NCBI RefSeq assembly: GCF_052049835.1
Contig: NZ_JBNGZF010000006.1
Coordinates: 12,191 to 76,190 of the forward strand
Reading direction: 5' to 3'
From: Candidatus Pelagibacter sp.
GTDB lineage: Bacteria; Pseudomonadota; Alphaproteobacteria; Pelagibacterales; Pelagibacteraceae
DNA length: 64,000 nucleotides
The notes below the pieces were generated by a model. It was not told where the DNA came from, did not search any database, and was given only the letters and a program-made list of their open reading frames with translations. Position numbers and translations under genes: made by a program. Below, in pieces: positions 10,060 to 19,900 of this stretch; the stretch's first letter is position 1; each line of letters begins with the position of its first letter.

Positions 10060-12234
10060 ATGCAAGAAAAATACATTAAAATTAATAACTTAAAAGTATC
10101 TGAAAAGCTATCAAACTTTGTAAATGATGAATTATTAAAGAATACAAATGTGTCTTCAGAAAATTTTTGGTCAGGTATGGAAAAAACTCTAGATGAGCTC
10201 GCACCAAAAAATAAAGAATTAATTAAATTTAGAGAAAATTTACAAAATAAAATTGATGATTGGCATATCAAAAATAAAGGGAAAGAATTTAATTCAGATG
10301 AGTATAAAAAATTTTTATTAGAAATTGGTTATTTAAAAAATGAGGGGGCTGATTTTAAAATAGAAACTGAAAATGTTGATGAAGAAATTGCAAGTATAGC
10401 AGGACCTCAGTTGGTTGTGCCTGTGATGAATGCGAGATATGCATTAAATGCTGCGAATGCAAGATGGATGAGTTTATATGATAGTCTTTATGGTACGGAT
10501 GTAATTGAACAATCTGAAGATAGTGTGTCTGAAAGATATGACCCTCTAAGAGGTGAAATGGTTATAAAATATGGGAGAGATTTTTTAGATAAGTACTTTC
10601 CGTTAGCTGGATTGAGTTGGAATAAAATTACAAGTTTTGCTGTAAAATATGGGAAATTAAAAGTTTTAAAAGGTGCGGATATTTTTGATTTGGAGGACGA
10701 AAATAAATTTGTTGGACATAGAGGTGAAAGTGATAATCCATCCGCAATTATTCTAAAAAATAATAATTTACATATTGAAATTTTAAAAGACTCGAGAGCT
10801 TTTGCTGCTCAACAAGATCATGCAGGTATTAGTGACATAATACTAGAGTCAGCAGTGTCAACAATTTGTGATAATGAAGATAGTGTAGCAGCAGTTGACT
10901 CAGAGGATAAAATTATTTGTTATCGAAATTGGCTTGGTCTAATGAAGGGAGACCTTAAGTCAAAATTTGAAAAAGAAGGAAAATTATTTGAGAGAAAATT
11001 AAATCCACACAGAAGCTATATCTCAAAAGATGGCAAAGGTCTAAAGTTACATGGTAGAAGTTTATTGCTTGTAAGAAACGTTGGTCATTTAATGACTAAC
11101 CCTTCAATTTTATTAAGTGATGGAAGTGAAATACCTGAGGGTATTATGGATGCATTTATAACAACGGCAGCTGCGCTACACGATATTAAAAACAAAAATA
11201 ATTCAAGAACTGGATCGGTTTATATTGTAAAGCCTAAAATGCATGGTCCAGACGAGACAGCATTTACAGATTTAATTTTTTCTAAAGTTGAAGAAGTTCT
11301 AAATTTACCCAAGTATACTTGCAAGATTGGAATTATGGATGAAGAAAGACGAACATCAGCAAATTTAAAAGAGTGTATAAGAAGTCTTAAAAATAGAGTT
11401 TTTTTTATCAATACTGGCTTTCTAGATAGAACTGGTGATGAAATGCATACATCAATGGAAGCTGGTCCTATGATTAAAAAAGGTGACATGAAATCGTCTA
11501 AATGGATTACTGCTTACGAAAATAACAATGTTGATATTGGTTTAAGTTGTGGGTTTTCTGGTAAAGCTCAAATTGGAAAAGGAATGTGGGCAATGCCAGA
11601 TAAAATGAAAGATATGATGGAACAAAAAACAGGACACTTAAAAGCAGGAGCAAACTGCGCATGGGTTCCTTCTCCAACAGCAGCTGCATTACATGCTTTA
11701 CATTACCATGAAATAAATATTTTCAATGAACAAAAAAAATTAATTGATAGAGAGCCAGCTAAACTTGATGATCTTTTAACAATCCCAATAGCAGACAGAC
11801 CAAATTGGTCTGTGGAAGATATAAACAAAGAAATTTCTAATTCAGCGCAAACCTTATTGGGTTATGTTGTAAGATGGGTCGATCAAGGTGTGGGTTGTTC
11901 AAAAGTTCCTGATATTAATAATATTGGCCTGATGGAAGACAGAGCCACTCTTAGAATTTCATCCCAACATATAGCAAACTGGATTCATCATGGAATTACA
12001 ACAAAAATACAAGTAACTGAAATAATGAAAGAGATGGCTAAAATAGTAGATGACCAAAACAAAGATGATCCCTTATATGTTAAAATGAGTGGTGATTATG
12101 AAAACTCAATAGCGTTTCAAACGGCGTGTGATTTAGTTTTTAAAGGTAAAGAGCAACCTTCAGGTTATACTGAACCATTACTTCACTTAAATAGGTTAAA
12201 AAAAAAATCTAATCTGAGTTCGAAACCAAATTAG
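10060..12234 (+). CDS. glcB: Malate synthase G
   Basis: GPQLVVP, ARYALNAANARW.SLYD, VRNVGHLM, KPKMHGP, MDEERRT, NTGFLDRTGD, WVPSPTAA, MEDRATLRISSQ. Confidence 0.98.
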   Translation: MQEKYIKINNLKVSEKLSNFVNDELLKNTNVSSENFWSGMEKTLDELAPKNKELIKFRENLQNKIDDWHIKNKGKEFNSDEYKKFLLEIGYLKNEGADFKIETENVDEEIASIAGPQLVVPVMNARYALNAANARWMSLYDSLYGTDVIEQSEDSVSERYDPLRGEMVIKYGRDFLDKYFPLAGLSWNKITSFAVKYGKLKVLKGADIFDLEDENKFVGHRGESDNPSAIILKNNNLHIEILKDSRAFAAQQDHAGISDIILESAVSTICDNEDSVAAVDSEDKIICYRNWLGLMKGDLKSKFEKEGKLFERKLNPHRSYISKDGKGLKLHGRSLLLVRNVGHLMTNPSILLSDGSEIPEGIMDAFITTAAALHDIKNKNNSRTGSVYIVKPKMHGPDETAFTDLIFSKVEEVLNLPKYTCKIGIMDEERRTSANLKECIRSLKNRVFFINTGFLDRTGDEMHTSMEAGPMIKKGDMKSSKWITAYENNNVDIGLSCGFSGKAQIGKGMWAMPDKMKDMMEQKTGHLKAGANCAWVPSPTAAALHALHYHEINIFNEQKKLIDREPAKLDDLLTIPIADRPNWSVEDINKEISNSAQTLLGYVVRWVDQGVGCSKVPDINNIGLMEDRATLRISSQHIANWIHHGITTKIQVTEIMKEMAKIVDDQNKDDPLYVKMSGDYENSIAFQTACDLVFKGKEQPSGYTEPLLHLNRLKKKSNLSSKPN

Positions 12235-12820
12235 ATCGATTTTTAAAAGCAGAAAATAAAGTCCCATCATCTAGACTTTCAATCTCTCCTCCTACTGGTA
12301 AACCTTGCGCTAATTTAGTAATTTTAACATCTAAATTTTTAAGACTATCTTGAATATAATATGCAGTTGTTTGACCTTCTACAGTTGCACTAGTTGCAAG
12401 AATTACCTCTTCAATTTTATCTCTATTAACTCTTTCAACTAATGAGTTAATTAACAAATCTTCTTTTCTTTGGCCAACTGAAGAAATTGTCCCTCCTAAA
12501 ATATGAAAATAGCCCTGAAATATATTTGAATTTTCAATCGACCATTGGTCTGCAATATCCTCTACTACACAAATTTTATTATATTTTTCTTTTGTATTCT
12601 CACAATTTAGGCATCCATTTGAATTTGACTTTAATGCACCACATGAATTGCATCTAACTACATTTTTATAAACTTGCGCCAATGTATTTGCCATAGGTTT
12701 TACAAGTTCGTCACGATTATTTATTAATTTTAAAACAATTCTTTTTGCTGATTTTGGACCTAGACCTGGTAGTTTTGAAATTAATTTAATTAATTCTTCT
12801 ATCTCACTTATGTTTTGCAT
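12209..12820 (-). CDS. recR: Recombination mediator RecR
   Basis: LPGLGPKSAKR, Zn finger C..C......C..C, CVVED, Toprim EVILATSATVEGQTT, GGEIESLD. Confidence 0.97.
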   Translation of the reverse strand: MQNISEIEELIKLISKLPGLGPKSAKRIVLKLINNRDELVKPMANTLAQVYKNVVRCNSCGALKSNSNGCLNCENTKEKYNKICVVEDIADQWSIENSNIFQGYFHILGGTISSVGQRKEDLLINSLVERVNRDKIEEVILATSATVEGQTTAYYIQDSLKNLDVKITKLAQGLPVGGEIESLDDGTLFSAFKNRSNLVSNSD

Positions 12821-12823
12821 CTA

Positions 12824-13141
12824 TTATAAAGGCCATTTAAAACCAGGAATTCCAAAACCTCCAGTTGCTTTTGAAATTTCCTCAGTTGTTTTTGATTTAA
12901 GTTGAGATTTGGCACTATTATGTGCTGCAACAATTAAATCTTCAATTATGGTTTTGTCCTCTTTCATAATTTCATCAGATAACTTTATTGTTTGCATCTC
13001 TCCCTCTCCATCCAAAGTTATCTTTACAGAATTTGAACCCGAAACTCCTTCAACTCTAATTTCCTTAATTTTTTGTTGGCTTTCTTTCATTTTTGCCTCA
13101 AGTTCTTTTGCTTTATCTAAAATTTTACTAAAATCAGTCAT
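12824..13141 (-). CDS. ybaB: YbaB/EbfC nucleoid-associated protein
   Basis: EDLIVAAHN motif; lies between dnaX and recR. Start is more likely MTDFSK at 13141 than the track start at 13153. Confidence 0.92.
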   Translation of the reverse strand: MTDFSKILDKAKELEAKMKESQQKIKEIRVEGVSGSNSVKITLDGEGEMQTIKLSDEIMKEDKTIIEDLIVAAHNSAKSQLKSKTTEEISKATGGFGIPGFKWPL

Positions 13142-14789
13142 TATCAAATCCATCTTTGTTTGAATTTACATCTATTAATTCGGCATCAGGAAATTTATCA
13201 ATCACACTTTTAAATATTTCTGAATTTTTCATTTCATCCATTAACTGTTTTTTTACATTTTTTTCTTTATCTTTTACTGACATTTGCCCTTTTAATTTAC
13301 TAAAAGTAATAATCCATCTTTCACCAGTCCATTCAAAAAGCTTTGATGATAAATCTTTTACAAAATCTTTATCTAAACTTTCATTAAAAGATATTTCAAT
13401 TCTATTTTTTTCAAATTTTACAAGGTTAACATTTTTTTCTAACTCGTATTTAAGTTTGATCTCTTTTTTTTTTGAACAAATTTCAATTAAATCCTCAAAT
13501 ACATTTATATTAATTTTATTTTCTGCTTTAATTTCTGTCTGAACTTCTGGTTTGATTTTTTCTTCCTGTGCAACATTCTTAATTTGATTTATTGTTTTAG
13601 AAGTTAATTCAGTTTCTGTATTTTTTACAAAATTTTCACTTTTCAAGCGAGCCTCAACATTTTCAATTTTATTTTCAGATTTTACAGAACTTAAATGCAT
13701 TAGTCTTATTAAGAACATCTCAATTGAAAGGTGTTGATTTGAAACTACGTCTATCTCTTCGAGAGAAGAGATGGCAAATTGCCAAAATAATATTAATACC
13801 TCTGAGTCTATTTGATTTGATAAATTTTTAATTTTAGAAAATTCTTCATCATTTAATGAAAAGTTTGTACTTTCTAAAGTTAAAGAATTAATATTTTTAA
13901 AGTAGTAAAGTAACTCTAAGAAATCATTAATAAAAACCTTTGGTTCAACACCTTGGTCATAAATTTTTCTATAAATACTTATTACTTTTGTTTCTTCACC
14001 TTTTAAAATTAACTCAAACAAATCGATTAATTGAGATTTATCAAAATACCCAAAAATTTTCTGAGCTGAATTTAAGTCTAGTTCTCTTCCTTCATCCAAA
14101 CTTAATAGTGCTCTATCGAGCAACGATAAAGAATCTCTAACAGAGCCCTCAGAAATTTTTACTATAAGCTTTAAAGCATCGTCGCTTATTTTTCCATTTT
14201 CCTTATGCTTAATTTTTTTAATAAACTCCAATAATTCTGAGGATTTAATTCTAGATAAATCAAATCTTTGACATCTAGATACAACTGTAATTGGAATTTT
14301 TTTAATTTCTGTAGTTGCAAAAATAAATTTTAGATATTCTGGTGGTTCCTCTAAAGTTTTTAATAAAGCATTAAATGCTTGTTTGCTTAACATATGAACT
14401 TCATCAATAATGAAAATTTTATATTTAGCCGAGGTCGGTCCATATCTTGAAAATTCGATTAAATCTCTTACGTCATCCACACCTGTTTTGCTTGCTGCAT
14501 CCATTTCAAGCACATCTATATGACTAGACTCACTTATAGATTTACAGCTTTCACAAAAGTTTTCTTTGCATAAATTATCGATACCATTTGAACAATTAAG
14601 TGCTTTAGCAACAATTCGTGCTGTTGTGGTTTTTCCTATTCCTCTTATTCCAGTGAACAAATATGCATTAGGTATTTTGTCAGCTTTTATAGAATTGGTA
14701 ATAGTTTCAGCAACAACCTCTTGACCAATAAGATCATCAAAAGTTTGTGGTCTATATTTAAGCGCTAATACTTTTGAGTTATTATTCAT
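13134..14789 (-). CDS. dnaX: DNA polymerase III gamma/tau
   Basis: LKYRPQTFDDLIGQ, Walker A GIRGIGKTT, EMDAAS, IIDEVHML, NALLKTLEEPP, SRCQ. Confidence 0.98.
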   Translation of the reverse strand: MNNNSKVLALKYRPQTFDDLIGQEVVAETITNSIKADKIPNAYLFTGIRGIGKTTTARIVAKALNCSNGIDNLCKENFCESCKSISESSHIDVLEMDAASKTGVDDVRDLIEFSRYGPTSAKYKIFIIDEVHMLSKQAFNALLKTLEEPPEYLKFIFATTEIKKIPITVVSRCQRFDLSRIKSSELLEFIKKIKHKENGKISDDALKLIVKISEGSVRDSLSLLDRALLSLDEGRELDLNSAQKIFGYFDKSQLIDLFELILKGEETKVISIYRKIYDQGVEPKVFINDFLELLYYFKNINSLTLESTNFSLNDEEFSKIKNLSNQIDSEVLILFWQFAISSLEEIDVVSNQHLSIEMFLIRLMHLSSVKSENKIENVEARLKSENFVKNTETELTSKTINQIKNVAQEEKIKPEVQTEIKAENKININVFEDLIEICSKKKEIKLKYELEKNVNLVKFEKNRIEISFNESLDKDFVKDLSSKLFEWTGERWIITFSKLKGQMSVKDKEKNVKKQLMDEMKNSEIFKSVIDKFPDAELIDVNSNKDGFDND

Positions 14790-14799
14790 ACATCTATAA

Positions 14800-14883
14800 G
14801 GAGACTAGAACCTGAATAACTGTCTCTACGACTGCTTCCGTTAAGATCTGGTCGGGTTCAAGCAGCATCCACCTCTAGCCTCC
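14800..14883 (-). ncRNA. ffs: SRP 4.5S RNA
   Basis: Minus strand GGAGGCTAGAGG...GAACCCGACCAGATCTTAACGGAAGCAGTCGTAGAGACAGTTATTCAGGTTCTAGTCTCC. The ends pair with each other, the conserved CAG...GGAAGCAG core is present, and it sits upstream of dnaX as in many bacteria. Confidence 0.92.
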
Positions 14884-14889
14884 ATATCT

Positions 14890-14919
14890 ATTATAGCAGT
14901 TAAAATTTCTAATCTACAA
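14890..14919 (-). promoter_or_regulatory. Sigma70-type promoter for ffs-dnaX-ybaB-recR
   Basis: TTGTAG (14919-14914), 18-nt spacer, GCTATAAT with TATAAT at 14895-14890, 6 nt before the ffs 5' end. Confidence 0.6.
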
Positions 14920-14929
14920 GAAAAGATTT

Positions 14930-15763
14930 TTATTTTTTTTGTCTCAACTTATCTGCTTCGAAAACACCTAGAACGTGAAAATCCTCACAATGTAGACCTA
15001 GCTCTTCAAGAGATTTCTGAACTTTTGGATCTTCGATATGTCCATCTAAATCACATAAGAAAAAATAAGAATCGAAACTATTTTTTACTGGATAACTTTG
15101 CAATTTAGTTAAGTTCACTCCATTCAAAGATGGACCACTTAGTGCTTGATATAATGCAGCTGGCTTACTTTTCAATTTAAACAAAAAAGAAGTTATATAG
15201 GTTTTATCTTTAAATTCTGGTTGAGAAATATTTTTTCCCATAACTAAGAACCTTGTTAAATTACCAGTCTCATTTTCTATATTTTTTTTAATAACTTCTA
15301 ATCCATAAATTTCAGCACTCAATGAAGATGCTATAGCTGATTGCTTAACATCTTTTGTTTTAGAAATCATTTCAGCAGACCCAGCGGTATCTGCTCTAAT
15401 ATGTTCTGCTAAATTATTTTCTTTTATAAATTTTGAACACTGAGACAATCCTTGTGCGTGTGAATATACTTCTTTGATGTCTTTTAATTTAGCGCCAGGT
15501 TGTCCTAATAAGTTGTGTTCAATTTTTTGAAAATGCTCTTTATAAATATTTAGTCTATGTTTAAATATTAAATATTCAATTCCAATGTTACCTGTAATTC
15601 TATTTGACTCTGGAATTATAATTCTACTATCTGGTTCTTCAGATGCTTTGTTAAAACACTCATCAAAAGTTTTACAGGGCAATATTTCTGTTTTAGGATC
15701 AATAGAGAGCGCTGCTAAATGAGAATATGCACCAAAGGTTCCTTGAAAATAAATTTTACTCAT
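14930..15763 (-). CDS. pheA: Prephenate dehydratase
   Basis: QGTFGAYSH, VYSHAQGLSQC, DTAGSA, NLTRF, and ACT domain LTKLQSYP...DLDGH. Confidence 0.95.
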   Translation of the reverse strand: MSKIYFQGTFGAYSHLAALSIDPKTEILPCKTFDECFNKASEEPDSRIIIPESNRITGNIGIEYLIFKHRLNIYKEHFQKIEHNLLGQPGAKLKDIKEVYSHAQGLSQCSKFIKENNLAEHIRADTAGSAEMISKTKDVKQSAIASSLSAEIYGLEVIKKNIENETGNLTRFLVMGKNISQPEFKDKTYITSFLFKLKSKPAALYQALSGPSLNGVNLTKLQSYPVKNSFDSYFFLCDLDGHIEDPKVQKSLEELGLHCEDFHVLGVFEADKLRQKK

Positions 15764-16494
15764 AAATTCTTATATTCCATTATTTTTTTCAAGGCTAGAT
15801 AATCTTCCTCAGTATCTACTCCTATTGGAGAAGACTTTGCAAGTGAAACATTGATATCAATATTATTATCTAATGCTCTTAACTGCTCTAGTCGATTTTC
15901 TATTTCATTTTTGGATTGATCCAAGTGAACAAATTTTTCAAGACAATCTCTTGAATAACAATAAATTCCAATATGGTGATAAATATTATCTACCTGCTCA
16001 GATTTTCTTGAAAAGTAGACTGCCTTTGGAAAATGATCCCCTTCTAGGCTGTTTTCAGTGATGACCTTTACAATATTTTCATTCTTGAGGTTTTTAATAT
16101 CTTTTATTTTTGCGGCAAGAGTACCTAATTTAGAATTATTTTTTACCATTTTGTCATTCAAACTTTTTATATCATCAATCTCGATTGCTGGTTCATCACC
16201 TTGTAAATTCATAATGAAATCAACATCTCTAATTTTTGATTTTTTAAGTGCTTCGTAAATTCTATCTGTACCTGTCTTGTGTTTATTGCTAGTTAAAATA
16301 GCATTAAAACCATTGCTTTTAACATCCTCAATAATTTCCTGATCCTCTGTAGCTACAATCACATCTCCAATATTTGCTTCTTCTGCTTTTTTAGAGACGT
16401 GTGAAATGATTGATAAACCATTTATTTTTAGTAAAGGTTTACCTGGCAGCCTGGTGGCGGACATTCTAGAAGGTATAATTACTAAAGTTTTCAT
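15760..16494 (-). CDS. kdsB: CMP-KDO synthetase
   Basis: IPSRMSATRLPGKPL, TGTDR, NLQGDEP, HIGIY, LEQLRAL, GVDTEED. Confidence 0.97.
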   Translation of the reverse strand: MKTLVIIPSRMSATRLPGKPLLKINGLSIISHVSKKAEEANIGDVIVATEDQEIIEDVKSNGFNAILTSNKHKTGTDRIYEALKKSKIRDVDFIMNLQGDEPAIEIDDIKSLNDKMVKNNSKLGTLAAKIKDIKNLKNENIVKVITENSLEGDHFPKAVYFSRKSEQVDNIYHHIGIYCYSRDCLEKFVHLDQSKNEIENRLEQLRALDNNIDINVSLAKSSPIGVDTEEDYLALKKIMEYKNL

Positions 16495-16607
16495 TATATT
16501 TTGAAATTATTATACTCATTAAACAAATATAGAGGCAAATTTATACATTAAATTTTAGCTTTTTTTTTATTTATCGTGTTATACGTTCACTACAAAATTT
16601 AGAAAAA

Positions 16608-17147
16608 ATGGATTCTTTTGAAATAAACAAAATAGTTGCTGCAGTTTTAATGGTTGCATTGCTTGTTATCGGAATTGGAAAATTATCTGATGTTATATTC
16701 CATGTGGAGAAACCTGAAACACCTGGTTATTCAGTTGAAGTAGAAGCTGCCACTACTGTATCCACAACCAGTTCAAGCATGACGTCAGACAAAATTGATA
16801 TATCAGCATTAATGGCGATGGGAGATATTGCACATGGTGAAAAAGTTTTTAAAAAATGTGCAGCTTGTCATTCAATTGTTAAAGGAGGAAAGAATGCTAT
16901 TGGTCCAGCTCTATATAATGTTGTAGGAAGAAAAGTTGGAGCGATTGAAGACTATAAATATTCCAAAGCACTGGCAGCATATGATAAAAATTGGACTTTT
17001 GAAGAACTGAATGGATTTTTAATTAAACCTGCTAAATGGATAAAGGGAACAAAGATGGCGTATGCAGGTCTTAGAAAAGAAAAAGATAGAGCCTCTGTAA
17101 TAAAATATCTAAATGAGAATTCAGACAGCCCTTTGCCGCTACCTTAA
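16608..17147 (+). CDS. cycM: Membrane-anchored class I cytochrome c (CycM/c552 type)
   Basis: N-terminal TM helix, heme motif CAACH, GPAL..VVGR, axial Met in GTKMAYAG. Confidence 0.92.
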   Translation: MDSFEINKIVAAVLMVALLVIGIGKLSDVIFHVEKPETPGYSVEVEAATTVSTTSSSMTSDKIDISALMAMGDIAHGEKVFKKCAACHSIVKGGKNAIGPALYNVVGRKVGAIEDYKYSKALAAYDKNWTFEELNGFLIKPAKWIKGTKMAYAGLRKEKDRASVIKYLNENSDSPLPLP

Positions 17148-18071
17148 TTTTCCAAAACAATATAACAAAATACTTTTTTGAACATGAACTCTATTGAGTG
17201 CTTGTCGCCATACATGTGATTTTTTACCTAAGAAAACATTATCACTGACTTCATCTCCACGGGGTAAACAATGGAGAAATATTGTTCCCTGTTTTTTTGA
17301 AAAACTCATTAATTTTTCATCAATTTTAAAATATTTAAATGCTTGTATTTTTTTCTTCTTATTAACTTTATCATTTAAAGAAATAACTTTATCAGAAAAA
17401 ATTACATCTGCACCAACCACTGCTTTTTTAGCATCATTATAAATATTAATTTTTTTATTATTTCTTTTGACCCATGCCCTAACGTCTTTTCCTGGTTCAA
17501 ATTTTTTAGGACAACCAATACTTAGTTTGAAAGAAAATTTTACTGAGGCAGCAATTAAACTATCCAAAACATTATTGGAGTCACCTATCCAACAAATGTT
17601 TAATTTTGAAATTGGTTTCTTCTTTATTTCTTCAACTGTAAATACGTCAGATAAAACCTGTGTTGGATGAGATGAGGGACTTAAACCATTAATTACCGGT
17701 ATTGATAAATATTTTGCAAAATTTTCAACCTTTTTATCACTATCAGTTCTAAGCATAAATCCATCACCATAAGTCGAAAGAATTTTAGCAGTATCAGCAA
17801 TGCTTTCTCCCCCTTGACCTAAATGAAGTTCATTTGATCTTAGAGTTAAAGTACCGCCACCTAGTTGTTTTATAGCTAAATAAAAGCTTAATCTTGTACG
17901 TAAACTAGATTTTTCAAACATTTGGATTAATAATTTTCCTTTTAAGGGTGCACCCTTATCAACTTCAAGTGTGCTTAGTTTTTTTCTTAAACTTTTTCTT
18001 TTCTTGGCGTCGGTAATAATCTTTCTCAAATCTTTTGCAGGTATATCTTTTAGATTTATGAAATGTTTCAT
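17139..18071 (-). CDS. argF: Ornithine carbamoyltransferase (variant motifs)
   Basis: FEKSSLRTR, NGL...HPTQ, GDSNNV, FLHCLPR; directly downstream of argD. Confidence 0.9.
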   Translation of the reverse strand: MKHFINLKDIPAKDLRKIITDAKKRKSLRKKLSTLEVDKGAPLKGKLLIQMFEKSSLRTRLSFYLAIKQLGGGTLTLRSNELHLGQGGESIADTAKILSTYGDGFMLRTDSDKKVENFAKYLSIPVINGLSPSSHPTQVLSDVFTVEEIKKKPISKLNICWIGDSNNVLDSLIAASVKFSFKLSIGCPKKFEPGKDVRAWVKRNNKKINIYNDAKKAVVGADVIFSDKVISLNDKVNKKKKIQAFKYFKIDEKLMSFSKKQGTIFLHCLPRGDEVSDNVFLGKKSHVWRQALNRVHVQKSILLYCFGKLR

Positions 18072-18073
18072 GA

Positions 18074-19237
18074 TTATTTAATTTCTGAGCAAACTTTTTT
18101 AATTATCTTTAATGCTATATCTATTTCTTTAATTTTAACATTTAGAGGAGGTAAAATACGAACAACATTTTCAGCAGCACGGATTGTTAGTAATTTATTG
18201 TCCATCAATTTTTTAATAAACTTTGTTTGATCTGTTTGAAGTTGAATTCCAATTAATAAACCTCTTCCTCTTATCTCCTTAATAATACTTGGATATTTTT
18301 TTTTTAATTTATTTAATTTCAAAAAAAAATATTTTGAGGATTTTTTAACATTGTTCTGAAATTTTTTACTTGAAACAATATCCATAACTGTGTTCCCTAC
18401 AGCCATAGCCAAAGGGTTTCCGCCAAAAGTTGATCCGTGCGTACCTGGAGTCATACCTATGGCAACTTTTTTATTCATTAGAACAGCACCAATAGGAAAT
18501 CCAGAACCTATTCCCTTAGCTATAGGCACTATATCAGCTACCACTCTTGATTTTTCAAAAGCAAAAAAATCTCCAGATCGAGAAATCCCACATTGAACTT
18601 CATCTAAAATAAGTAATATTTTCTTTTTATTGCATAACTTTCTCAATTCTTTGAGACACCAATCTGGTATTACCTTAATACCACCTTCACCCATTATAGT
18701 TTCAACCATAATTGCAGCTGTGTTTTTAGTAATCTTTTTTTTTAAAGATTTATGATCTCCAAAGACAAAATGATCAAAACCACCTACATGTCCAAAGCCT
18801 TCGGTCATTTTCTTTGACCCACTTGCAAAAATAGTTGCTAAAGTTCTTCCGTGAAAAGAATTTTTAATACATAAAATTCGAGTTTTATTTGGTTTTCCAA
18901 TAGTATAAAAATACCTTCTAGCAACCTTTATTGCTGCCTCAGTAGCTTCTGCTCCTGAATTTTGAAACATAACATAATCAGCAAATGTTTTTTGGCACAA
19001 CTTTTTCGCTAATTTTTCTCCCTCTGGAATTTGAAAAGCATTAGAAACATGCCAAAGTTTTTTTGATTGATCTCTTATTGTTTTTACTAATTTAGGATGA
19101 GCATGACCTAACGAGTTAACAGCTATTCCTTGAACAAAATCTAAATATTTTTTACCATCAGTTGAAAAAAGATAACTTCCTTTTCCATACTTAAAAGCAA
19201 TTTTCTTTCTGTTATAGTTTTTTGCTAAATAACTCAT
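18074..19237 (-). CDS. argD: Acetylornithine aminotransferase
   Basis: LDFVQGIAVNSLGH, NSGAEATE, SFHGRT, ETIMGEGG, DEVQCG, PLP Lys in AKGIGSG, HGSTFGGNPLA. Confidence 0.96.
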   Translation of the reverse strand: MSYLAKNYNRKKIAFKYGKGSYLFSTDGKKYLDFVQGIAVNSLGHAHPKLVKTIRDQSKKLWHVSNAFQIPEGEKLAKKLCQKTFADYVMFQNSGAEATEAAIKVARRYFYTIGKPNKTRILCIKNSFHGRTLATIFASGSKKMTEGFGHVGGFDHFVFGDHKSLKKKITKNTAAIMVETIMGEGGIKVIPDWCLKELRKLCNKKKILLILDEVQCGISRSGDFFAFEKSRVVADIVPIAKGIGSGFPIGAVLMNKKVAIGMTPGTHGSTFGGNPLAMAVGNTVMDIVSSKKFQNNVKKSSKYFFLKLNKLKKKYPSIIKEIRGRGLLIGIQLQTDQTKFIKKLMDNKLLTIRAAENVVRILPPLNVKIKEIDIALKIIKKVCSEIK

Positions 19238-19405
19238 AATTTTAAATTGTTTTATAAAGTTTAAATATTAATACAAGTTGGGATTGAAAATATACATACA
19301 CTTAATTTGCTTATTATTGTTGATAACTCTCATTTTTTGATTGTTTAATATAATTTTATATCAGTATATTGTTGTCTTATATAAATTAAATACAACATAT
19401 AGATT

Positions 19406-19900
19406 ATGAGTTGGACTGAAGAAAAAGTAGCAAAATTAAAAGAGCTTTGGGGCAAAGGTAATACAGCAAGTCAAATAGCTGAAATAATTGGAGGCATAAG
19501 TCGAAATGCAGTTATAGGTAAAGCCCACAGACTTAACTTATCTGCTAAAATCAAAACTCGAACTGCTACATCGAATGAAAATTTTGAAAACTCTGTTGAT
19601 GAAAAAAATGTCAAAATAAAAAGAAGTCGTAGAAGTAAATTTAAGTCATTGATAATTGAGAAAGATTTTGAGCCAGAAAACCCTAAACAATTGGAAGAGC
19701 TAGACGAGAATTCTTGTAAATGGCCGATTGGCCATCCAGATGAGAAGTCATTTTACTTCTGTGGAAGATCTTCCTTAAAAGATTTTTCTTATTGCAAACT
19801 TCATTTGTTATATGCTTACCAACCAAAAGGCAAAAAAGAGGACGTTAGCGAGAAGGAAGAAGTTCCAGAATTTATTGAAAAAAAAATACAGTCAGCTTAA
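19406..19900 (+). CDS. gcrA: Cell-cycle regulator GcrA
   Basis: MSWTEEKV..LKELW..G.TASQIA...GISRNAVIGKAHRL; C-terminal CKWPIGHP...FYFCG...YC..H. Confidence 0.96.
   Translation: MSWTEEKVAKLKELWGKGNTASQIAEIIGGISRNAVIGKAHRLNLSAKIKTRTATSNENFENSVDEKNVKIKRSRRSKFKSLIIEKDFEPENPKQLEELDENSCKWPIGHPDEKSFYFCGRSSLKDFSYCKLHLLYAYQPKGKKEDVSEKEEVPEFIEKKIQSA

Noticed and set aside
9969-10271. 100-aa minus-strand ORF over the riboswitch and glcB start
   Set aside because: A shadow ORF; the region is explained by the glycine aptamer and glcB.
12209-12234. 26-nt convergent overlap of glcB and recR as antisense regulation
   Set aside because: Short tail-to-tail overlaps recur throughout the window (ubiG/DUF1178, cycM/argF, folC/trxA, aroB/bolA, cobT/regB) and reflect compaction.
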